Positions 39,695-47,011 of a DNA stretch of 56,547 nt are shown here, piece after piece. Origin of the DNA: an uncultured virus (IMG/VR IMGVR_UViG_3300037067_004615) (taxonomy: Duplodnaviria > Heunggongvirae > Uroviricota > Caudoviricetes). The translations under genes were made by a program, and so were the position numbers. The stretch's first letter is position 1. Every line of letters starts with the position of its first letter. The stretch lies in IMG/VR virus record IMGVR_UViG_3300037067_004615. One strand, 5' to 3'. The notes under the pieces are model-generated. The model was not told the origin of the DNA. It saw only the letters and a list, made by a program, of their open reading frames with translations, and made no database searches.

Positions 39695-40765
39695 ATGTTA
39701 GAAAAAGTTACTTGTGAAGTTTGTAAGAAAGAATATTACACTATCGCACCTTTACATTTAAAAACACATGGTTTAACAATGAAAGAATATCGTTCGTTGT
39801 ATCCCAACGCCATTATACATTCAGATACAATTAAATTACATATTGGATTAAAAAGTCTAGGCAATAAGGTTAGTACCGGTATTCCTAGCTATAAAAAGGG
39901 TATAAAATTAGTTGATTTAGTTGGGGTCGAAAGAGCTAAAGAGATTGGTTCAAAGATATCAAAGAATAATAAAGGTCGTCCTAAAAAATTTAGTTTGAGT
40001 AGGTTAATTAAACAACGAAGTCCTGATTTTAAATTGATGATGTCTGAATTAAAAAGGAAGCAATTTAAAGAAAATCCTGATATTATTAAAAAGCATAGTG
40101 AATCATTAAAGCAGGGTTTTAAAAGTGGTAAAATAAAACTATGGAATAAGGGGTTAAAGTATGAGGATGATGAACGAGTTAGAACATATGTTGATAAAGG
40201 TGCTAAAATAAAAGGTGATGGAAGATTTAAAGGCGAAAATAATGCCTTATATGGTAAAACTTTTGAAGAAATATACGGTGAAGAAAAGGCTAACGAATTG
40301 AAGAAAGGAATGGTCATCAGAGGTGAAATATTATTTAGGTCTGAACGTTTAAATCAAATTAGAAAGTCGCCTGAATATTTAAGAAATAAGTATAACGCGG
40401 CACACAGAAAACCAAATAATAAAGAGATTATGCTAATGGGTATTCTGGATGAATTATGTCCCAACGAATATAAATATAATGGCGATTACAGTTTAGGTGT
40501 ATCGTTTGATGGTTTAGTACCAGATTTTTGGAATGTGAATGGACAAAAGAAAGTTATCGAACATTTAGGTGATTATTATCATGGTGAGTTAATACAGAAG
40601 CATCCTAAAGATGTTGAAGAAAAAGAAAAAATAGACAGATATGGTTCGTGTGGTGTAAAATGTTTAGTAATATGGGAACACGAATTAGTGAAAAGTAATA
40701 GGATGGTATTAATTGAAAAGATAAAGAAGTTTAATATGGAGGAATCGCATGAGAAGGTGGTTTAA
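39695..40765 (+). CDS. free-standing homing endonuclease: zinc finger, NUMOD3-like motif, Vsr/EDxHD-like nuclease domain
   Basis: CEVC...HLKTHGLTMKEYR; KGENNALYGK; PDF...VIEHLGDYYHG...LVIWEHEL. Confidence 0.75.
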   Translation: MLEKVTCEVCKKEYYTIAPLHLKTHGLTMKEYRSLYPNAIIHSDTIKLHIGLKSLGNKVSTGIPSYKKGIKLVDLVGVERAKEIGSKISKNNKGRPKKFSLSRLIKQRSPDFKLMMSELKRKQFKENPDIIKKHSESLKQGFKSGKIKLWNKGLKYEDDERVRTYVDKGAKIKGDGRFKGENNALYGKTFEEIYGEEKANELKKGMVIRGEILFRSERLNQIRKSPEYLRNKYNAAHRKPNNKEIMLMGILDELCPNEYKYNGDYSLGVSFDGLVPDFWNVNGQKKVIEHLGDYYHGELIQKHPKDVEEKEKIDRYGSCGVKCLVIWEHELVKSNRMVLIEKIKKFNMEESHEKVV

Positions 40766-41354
40766 AGTTAGGTTATTAACAAGTATTATGGTAGCTTTAT
40801 TAGTAGTATTAGTTGTTTCAGTACCTATTTCAAGTGCCACGACCGCAAGCATAGTTGTGACTGCAACCCCAAGTTTTGTTGGTATAACCATCTCGCAGAA
40901 CACATGGACAATCAACGGAATAGATGGTAGTGGTAAAATTGCGCCGAACACAACGTACTATTCCAATGGAACAGGTGCGACAGGCGATGTAACTGCACCT
41001 TCAGCTACAGTAGTCGATGGTGAATGTTATTTTACGGTAACTAATGCGGCAACAATTGTTACAGACCTTACTACTAATATGTCTGACTTTTCAGGTGGGG
41101 ACGCTTCTACTAATAGTAACTCAGGTTATGCGTCTAATGGTGCAACTACTTATGGTGCATCAACTTATATTAGTGGTTCAACTTGGCCTGACAATGCCGT
41201 AATCTTAAAAAGTAGTGCTAGTGATGCGATGAAATCAAGTCTAGCGGCAACTACCGATCTTAAATTCGGTGTGGCAATTAAAACTCAAAGTGATGCATGG
41301 ACTTCCGGTTCTGCGATGACGAGCACAATTACTGTGACATCCACAGCACATTAA
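40749..41354 (+). CDS. secreted Ser/Thr-rich beta protein, possible fibre or structural subunit
   Basis: GGAGG SD; signal peptide; homologous to C-terminus of 37734..39482. Confidence 0.75.
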   Translation: MRRWFKVRLLTSIMVALLVVLVVSVPISSATTASIVVTATPSFVGITISQNTWTINGIDGSGKIAPNTTYYSNGTGATGDVTAPSATVVDGECYFTVTNAATIVTDLTTNMSDFSGGDASTNSNSGYASNGATTYGASTYISGSTWPDNAVILKSSASDAMKSSLAATTDLKFGVAIKTQSDAWTSGSAMTSTITVTSTAH

Positions 41355-41376
41355 GTAGTTTAAGTAAAGGAATAAA

Positions 41377-42219
41377 ATGTTTAAGAAGTTTTTAATTGTA
41401 GCTAGTTTAGTTCTAGTGGTGGTTTTAATGTTGGTTGGTTGTTCGACTACTTATACTCCACCACCTATGCCTACTTATAATGTAGATGAACTGTACAATA
41501 AGATTACTGATTTACAAGCGCAACTTAATGAAGCAAAACTTGTAGCAGACGAACAACATTTAACTGATACTGAAAAGATTGATAAACTGACAGGCAAGAT
41601 AAATGAGTACCAATCACAAATAGATAAACAAACGAAACTTGACAATATGGATTGGGTCTATCCTGCAAAAATAGAATACAAAGGTTATCGGGCGGGCGTA
41701 GTTTGTCTGTATACGATTAAAGTCCATAACGGTAGCGATGAATCTAAAACATATAAGATGCAAACAGAGCAGGTCGTTTCAGATGATGTTACGTTTGCAA
41801 AAGTACCAAAGAATATAAGCGATTGGGTATCCTATGATGGATTTAATGAGTTTATCTTTTCGCTCGATGGTAAAATGTCTAAAGATATTTCAGTTCAATT
41901 CCTTATGCCGATTGAAGAAAGATTCTACTCTGTAACTAAGTTAAGTGATATCGGATTAGATAATAATACAATGGCAAACTTATCGCAAACACAACGAGAT
42001 ATAATGGTGCGTTTTATTAAGGATAGGACGGTAACTAAGTCAGCGATTGAAAATAATTTGTGGCAAGACGATGTGAAGTTATTGGTTGATAAAGGTTTAG
42101 TTATGCCCGATAAAAAATATCAGTTCATGGCGGTGTGTGGCGAAAATAAACCACAAGGGAATATCGTCACTCGTAATGCAATTAAATGGGTTGTAACCAT
42201 GAGCGAATTTAGTAAATAA
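41377..42219 (+). CDS. lipoprotein with coiled coil and beta domain
   Basis: Lipobox LVGC after hydrophobic core. Confidence 0.7.
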   Translation: MFKKFLIVASLVLVVVLMLVGCSTTYTPPPMPTYNVDELYNKITDLQAQLNEAKLVADEQHLTDTEKIDKLTGKINEYQSQIDKQTKLDNMDWVYPAKIEYKGYRAGVVCLYTIKVHNGSDESKTYKMQTEQVVSDDVTFAKVPKNISDWVSYDGFNEFIFSLDGKMSKDISVQFLMPIEERFYSVTKLSDIGLDNNTMANLSQTQRDIMVRFIKDRTVTKSAIENNLWQDDVKLLVDKGLVMPDKKYQFMAVCGENKPQGNIVTRNAIKWVVTMSEFSK

Positions 42220-42232
42220 AGAAGGTTCCGAT

Positions 42233-43051
42233 TTGCTCAATAAAATACTAAGAGTTTGTTTCGTAATCGTGATTGTGTTATTAAATGCCGTTCCTATCTA
42301 CGGTGATGATACAGTTACGATTACTGTTACAGGCGAACCGGATGTATCTTTACATGCACCAACTAATTTCTATACGACTTTAAGTGGGGCCGATTTAACA
42401 TTACATTGGACAGAAGAACCATCGGCAACTAGCACGATTATTGTAAGAAGTTTTTTAAGGTTTCCGCAATCAGTTACAGATGGTGCGGTCATTTATAACG
42501 GTACTGACGAAAGTATGGTTGTAGCACCTATTAATGAGCAAAGTCCACAGTATTTTTTTAGTGCGTTTAGTCAAAAAGGTGCTACGTATTCCACTACTTA
42601 TTCAGTAGCAACTAATGGAGGTATGACTATGTATCTAGCAATTTTTCTATCGGCAGGGGCGGTTTTCGCATTTCTGGCTTGGCGGTTCCGTGGTTTCGTG
42701 ATGGGAATTTTTGCAGGAGCCTTAATTATTTTCGCCGCATATTACACACGGAGTACGCCAATACCGAATATCGTTGTGGGTAGTGGTTTGGATACCGGAA
42801 TTTACTTAGTCATATTATCGTTCGGTATTTTTACAGCCTTAATTTCACTAGGTAAATTTATGGATAGTAGCGATGGTCGGTCATGGTTAGAAAGAGCGTT
42901 CGGTGGTGGTTCTGAAAGCACTCACGTGGTCAGTCATAACGGCGATTTGAAAAGATACAAACCCAATACTAGCACAATGGAAGGTCGTGCCGCCGCTTAT
43001 AGAGCTTCAATCCATCCGAAACTTAATCAACCGATCAGAAGGAAGCGTTAA
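42233..43051 (+). CDS. signal peptide, FN3-like domain and 3 TM helices
   Basis: APTNF...LTLHW...FPQSVTDGAVIYNGT; hydrophobic C-terminal half; basic tail. Confidence 0.7.
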   Translation: MLNKILRVCFVIVIVLLNAVPIYGDDTVTITVTGEPDVSLHAPTNFYTTLSGADLTLHWTEEPSATSTIIVRSFLRFPQSVTDGAVIYNGTDESMVVAPINEQSPQYFFSAFSQKGATYSTTYSVATNGGMTMYLAIFLSAGAVFAFLAWRFRGFVMGIFAGALIIFAAYYTRSTPIPNIVVGSGLDTGIYLVILSFGIFTALISLGKFMDSSDGRSWLERAFGGGSESTHVVSHNGDLKRYKPNTSTMEGRAAAYRASIHPKLNQPIRRKR

Positions 43052-43052
43052 T

Positions 43053-44021
43053 ATGCTGAAAAGAATTGCTTTATTAATAGTCAGCGTTATAGCGATACTC
43101 TTACTAAGTGTAGGTTGTTATCCTCAAGATAAAGTAGTCATACAAGATACACCAGCAGTTAATGTTAATGTGACAGGCGGAACTATTACAGCCACCGTTC
43201 CTACACCTTTACCAGTTGATATTGAGGGTGTTGATAATGTCAGCAATATGCTTCGTGTTTCATCACAAGACTACCTATACAGTATTGCAGAAGGTTCAAT
43301 ATCAGGGCATACTCCATTCGCAAAACTAGGGTTTAACGGCGATGTCGGTACAAACGAAGAAGATATTTGGATTAACGGTGGAATTTATGTTTTCCCTGAT
43401 ACACCAATGCAAATGGAACTTTTATCTTCAAGTGTTGAGGACGACCCCACAAAGGCAGATACAAGTGCCGGAACTGGTGTATGGTCAGTCAGAGTTTCAT
43501 ATCTTGACAATACTTATGCCGAACAAACTGAAGTAGTTGCATTGAATGGAACGGGCGTAGTTACTACAGTAGCAACTAATATTCTTAGAGTCAATGCCTT
43601 ACGTGCTGTAACAGTAGGGTCAACGTATAAAGCGGTCGGGACTATTACAATCCGTAACCTTGCTGATACACCTATCTACCGTCAAATTGGTGTAGGTTAT
43701 ACTCGTGGACGTGAAGCAATTTACACAGTCCCATTAGGTAAAACACTCTATATTACAAGTGTCGCTGTATCATCAGGTTATTCAACTGTGGGCAAAAATG
43801 TTAGATGGACTGCCAGAGCTAACTTGGACGATGTGGGCGGAACTATATTACCAGTTAATTTTTTCATGCCATACTTTGAAATTCAAACACAAGACTCAAC
43901 GTTTATCAGAGAATTTGAATTACCTATGAAGATACCTGCAACTGTAGATATTAAAATGTCTGCTATTAGCGATAGTGCTAACTCAGTATGTACCGTCGCT
44001 ATTCGGGGTTGGTTGGAATAA
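43053..44021 (+). CDS. putative lipoprotein with beta-sandwich structural domain
   Basis: MLKRIALL...SVGC lipobox from ATG 43053. Confidence 0.65.
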   Translation: MLKRIALLIVSVIAILLLSVGCYPQDKVVIQDTPAVNVNVTGGTITATVPTPLPVDIEGVDNVSNMLRVSSQDYLYSIAEGSISGHTPFAKLGFNGDVGTNEEDIWINGGIYVFPDTPMQMELLSSSVEDDPTKADTSAGTGVWSVRVSYLDNTYAEQTEVVALNGTGVVTTVATNILRVNALRAVTVGSTYKAVGTITIRNLADTPIYRQIGVGYTRGREAIYTVPLGKTLYITSVAVSSGYSTVGKNVRWTARANLDDVGGTILPVNFFMPYFEIQTQDSTFIREFELPMKIPATVDIKMSAISDSANSVCTVAIRGWLE

Positions 44022-44028
44022 TTCCCTA

Positions 44029-44057
44029 TTGACAAGTACTATTTTCGGGTGTATAAT
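44029..44057 (+). promoter_or_regulatory. consensus sigma70 promoter
   Basis: TTGACA-17-TATAAT, intergenic. Confidence 0.8.
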
Positions 44058-44104
44058 ATAGGAAAAATTACAATACGATAATACCAATAATATAGGCGGT
44101 TAAT

Positions 44105-44233
44105 ATGGGTACTAATATAAAGTGTCCTCATTGTCATAAGTCAGATAGAGTAAATAAATATGGTAAAACTGGTTGGAAAACTATTAAACAACGATATGCG
44201 TGTTTACGTTGTCGTAAAACTTTCTATAAGTAG
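44105..44233 (+). CDS. 42-aa IS1 InsA-like zinc-ribbon miniprotein (not in ORF track)
   Basis: MGTNIKCPHCHKSDRVNKYGKTGWKTIKQRYACLRCRKTFYK; AGGCGGT SD. Confidence 0.75.
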   Translation: MGTNIKCPHCHKSDRVNKYGKTGWKTIKQRYACLRCRKTFYK

Positions 44234-44242
44234 GTGGATAAA

Positions 44243-44452
44243 ATGAAAAAGAAACAAGTACGAAAGTCTATTGGAATAGACCCTTGCAAAGAAGCAAAGG
44301 AAACTCTTAAACGATTCAATGCAGACACAAAGGCTGGTCATAAAGGTGCAGATGAATATTGGTTAGGTCAATCAACCGCTTATGGTACGATGTGTACGCA
44401 AAAAGGTTTAAAGAATAAAACTAAAACTAAAGGACGTAAGACTAGAAAATAA
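44243..44452 (+). CDS. small Lys-rich protein
   Basis: AGGTGG SD before ATG 44243; basic termini. Confidence 0.6.
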   Translation: MKKKQVRKSIGIDPCKEAKETLKRFNADTKAGHKGADEYWLGQSTAYGTMCTQKGLKNKTKTKGRKTRK

Positions 44453-44481
44453 ATAGCGGTGCCTGAATAAGGGGGGGTAAA

Positions 44482-45078
44482 ATGGCAAGTTTAAATGTTG
44501 TTCAAACTGGAGTAGAAAAAGCAAGTAAGGTTTCTCATAGGTCGGGTAAATGGGCCACACCAAAAGAGATTGACCTTAAAACTAATCCCAAGCAAACACC
44601 TTTACAACAATTACTTACTCAATTAGTTAAAGATTCACGCATTGAGAAAAAATCAGGGATGCTTCTATACCGTCCTCAAAAGGGCGCAGGGCCAGGTGGT
44701 CAGGGCGAAGGAATCCCAGATAGGGGTAAACCTGACCGTGGTGATAGATGGAAACCACGTAGACCTGACGGAAAGAAACCGGGCCGTAGAGATGATGGTA
44801 AGAAACCTGACAGACCAGATAGACGTGATAAACCACATAAACCAGATAGAGATGATGCGGCGGAAAGAGAACGTAGACGTAAGCGTGATGAAATCGAAAG
44901 ACGTAGACGTGAAGCCGCTAAAGCTAAGAAGAAATTTGTTCATCCAAAAGATAGAAAGTCCAAAGGTAGAAGGGATGTTAGTCGAACAATAGCAAGAGGT
45001 GTAGCTACTCGTGCAGTTGCATCAGGTATCAGTCAAGGGATTGCACCTAGAGCTATTCAAACTGCAATTCTAGGATAA
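44482..45078 (+). CDS. Arg/Lys/Asp-rich low-complexity protein, putative DNA-condensing core protein
   Basis: KPDR/RRD repeats and ERERRRKR tract. Confidence 0.65.
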   Translation: MASLNVVQTGVEKASKVSHRSGKWATPKEIDLKTNPKQTPLQQLLTQLVKDSRIEKKSGMLLYRPQKGAGPGGQGEGIPDRGKPDRGDRWKPRRPDGKKPGRRDDGKKPDRPDRRDKPHKPDRDDAAERERRRKRDEIERRRREAAKAKKKFVHPKDRKSKGRRDVSRTIARGVATRAVASGISQGIAPRAIQTAILG

Positions 45079-45099
45079 TATAATAAGGAAGGTGTAAAG

Positions 45100-45290
45100 A
45101 TGGTAGTAAAAAGAAAGACCTTAAAAAGGCTGTAACTAAATCACGTAAGTCTAAGGGCAAGTGGTTTGGTGGGTTGACTGGTAACGTTGGTGGTAAGCGT
45201 CCCAAGAGTCAATTCTCAATGCCTAAAGTAACTCGTAAAGAGTTTAAATCAAAAGTTAAGCATATAGAGAAAAAACTTGGATATAGATAA
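45100..45290 (+). pseudogene. frameshifted small basic protein (or single-base assembly error)
   Basis: SD+ATG 45100 gives 11 aa then TAA; the -1 frame continues KAVTKSRKSK...KKLGYR to 45290 with no start of its own. Confidence 0.5.
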
Positions 45291-45304
45291 AGGAAGTGAT
45301 AAAA

Positions 45305-45451
45305 ATGAAAGTCAGTAAGAAAACAAAGAAGATGTTTAAGGGTGGTTTTGCCGGTGGTGTAAAAGGTAAGGTATTTAAAATTGGTGGTATGAGGCAAGCA
45401 GGTGAACGTCTTTATAAAAAGAAAAATTGGAAACCGGATATCAGTATCTAA
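45305..45451 (+). CDS. 48-aa Lys/Gly-rich protein (not in ORF track)
   Basis: MKVSKKTKKMFKGGFAGGVKGKVFKIGG...; AGGAAGTGA SD. Confidence 0.6.
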   Translation: MKVSKKTKKMFKGGFAGGVKGKVFKIGGMRQAGERLYKKKNWKPDISI

Positions 45452-45476
45452 AAGTAAATAATAGGATGGTGTTACA

Positions 45477-45683
45477 ATGACCGCTTCAGAAGAGATGATT
45501 GGGATTATTCCGCCTTTAATTGTAGCAGGGGCAGTAACTAAAATGGCTGGGTCTATGTTTGATAATGGCAAAAAAGAAAAAGTTAGAACACGCACTATCA
45601 TTAAAAAAGTCTATGTCAAACGTAAAAAAGCTCATGCTAAAAGAGTACAGAAAATTAAAAAGACTGTAAAGAGATATTTATAG
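45477..45683 (+). CDS. small protein with hydrophobic N-terminus and very basic C-terminus
   Basis: AGGATGGTG SD; IGIIPPLIVAGAV then K/R-rich. Confidence 0.65.
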   Translation: MTASEEMIGIIPPLIVAGAVTKMAGSMFDNGKKEKVRTRTIIKKVYVKRKKAHAKRVQKIKKTVKRYL

Positions 45684-45692
45684 GAATTTTGA

Positions 45693-46028
45693 ATGAAAGA
45701 TAACTTAGACTCTCGTTTGAAGTATCTAAAACAACAAGCTAAAAAACGTGGGTTAAAAGTCTCTGTCGATAAAAGACTAGATAAAACTCCGTATCGTGCG
45801 GCTCATCCATTATCGAATAAATACGTCGATGATATTGTTGTTAAGAAAAAGTCTATTACAGTTGCACCATTCGTAGCACGAAATAAAAAGAAAATGGTCA
45901 TGGACGTAAACCATGAGTTGATCGAATATAAGTTAGCTTGTAATGGTGTTGGATATAAAAAGGCCCACACTATCGCCAATCGGAAACAGCGTGGGATTTT
46001 TAGGTCAGACTATAAAGATCGTTGTTAA
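45693..46028 (+). CDS. basic protein with HELxE...YxxAH motif
   Basis: NHELIEYKL...GYKKAHTIA. Confidence 0.6.
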   Translation: MKDNLDSRLKYLKQQAKKRGLKVSVDKRLDKTPYRAAHPLSNKYVDDIVVKKKSITVAPFVARNKKKMVMDVNHELIEYKLACNGVGYKKAHTIANRKQRGIFRSDYKDRC

Positions 46029-46030
46029 AA

Positions 46031-46061
46031 ACAGAGCGTGGATTTAAAACCCACACTCTGT
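46031..46061 (-). terminator. intrinsic terminator at the junction of the convergent arms
   Basis: Minus strand acagagtgtgggttt-t-aaatccacgctctgt pairs with G-U wobbles and is followed by tttt. Confidence 0.75.
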
Positions 46062-46066
46062 ATGTC

Positions 46067-46621
46067 TTAAAAGGTTATTAGTGAATTTATTGGACAGTCA
46101 AGTTTCAACCGTCCTTTAAGTGCTGTAATTTCACCAAGAAAAGCACAACCGATTACATTACCATGCATCCTTCTAACAAGGTCTACGATAGCTTTTGATG
46201 TTCCACCTGTCGCTAATACGTCGTCTACAATTAAGATTTTCTGATCGGGATGAATAGCATCGGCATGAATTTCAAGGGAGTCTGTCCCATATTCTTTTTC
46301 ATATTCAGTCCGGATAACAGAATAAGGCAATTTACCTGATTTTCTGACAGGGATTAAACCACAACAAAGATTAAAGGCCATCGCACTTCCAATTAAAAAT
46401 CCCCTTGCTTCTATGCATACTATGGAGTCAATTTTCCCATAAAACGGTTGGCACATTTTTAAAATTGATTGTCTAAACGCTCGGTTGTCAGCGAGTAAAG
46501 GGGTAATATCTTTGAAAGAAATGTTGTCTTTAGGAAAATTTTCTATTGTTCGACAATATTGTCCGAAATCCTCACTGAAACCTTGTAATGGAAAACCTGC
46601 GTGTCTGTTACCGTTCCACAT
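46067..46621 (-). CDS. apt: adenine phosphoribosyltransferase
   Basis: FPK...FKDITPLL, IEARGF, VRKSGKLP, YEKEYG, IVDDVLATGGT. Confidence 0.92.
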   Translation of the reverse strand: MWNGNRHAGFPLQGFSEDFGQYCRTIENFPKDNISFKDITPLLADNRAFRQSILKMCQPFYGKIDSIVCIEARGFLIGSAMAFNLCCGLIPVRKSGKLPYSVIRTEYEKEYGTDSLEIHADAIHPDQKILIVDDVLATGGTSKAIVDLVRRMHGNVIGCAFLGEITALKGRLKLDCPINSLITF

Positions 46622-46634
46622 TTTCTAAGTCTCC

Positions 46635-46790
46635 TTAATCCTCTCTTTGTTTTTTCACCCTATATTTTAAGTAGTTTGTAGTTTCTGTGATTTTATAAGG
46701 TGGTCGCTTTCCAACTACCTTATCAATTAAAATGTTCATCGCCTCCGAAGTCTTTATTGCCCGATGTGTGTGCCTTTCATGTTTGTTCAT
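46635..46790 (-). CDS. 51-aa hypothetical protein (not in ORF track)
   Basis: ATGA overlap with upstream gene; MNKHERHTHR...KQRED. Confidence 0.5.
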   Translation of the reverse strand: MNKHERHTHRAIKTSEAMNILIDKVVGKRPPYKITETTNYLKYRVKKQRED

Positions 46791-46990
46791 TTTATATGGT
46801 TCATGCACTTATCATTATCATAAATACATAAATCTTCAAAATCATTATCTTGTTTCCAACATTGAGGTTGTCTGATGCATCCACGACAAATAGGTTCGAG
46901 ATTCTGTAACATAATATTGCGCATTGTTCTTTCAGTCGATTCAATTGATCGATAGTATATTATAAAATCATTAAGATTAAAATCTAACAT
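46787..46990 (-). CDS. Cys-containing hypothetical protein
   Basis: GAAGGAAG SD. Confidence 0.55.
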   Translation of the reverse strand: MLDFNLNDFIIYYRSIESTERTMRNIMLQNLEPICRGCIRQPQCWKQDNDFEDLCIYDNDKCMNHIK

Positions 46991-47011
46991 GTTTAACTTC
47001 CTTCGTATTAT

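Noticed and set aside
18707..44233. IS1 insertion sequences at the three InsA-like ORFs
   Set aside because: No DDE/InsB frame, A6C shift site or terminal inverted repeats seen; neighbours are contiguous viral genes
12822..44992. Other nested or antisense ORFs in the track (e.g. 12822, 20563, 25916, 28314, 33265, 37140, 39889, 44642)
   Set aside because: Overlap well-supported genes and have no motif or RBS support
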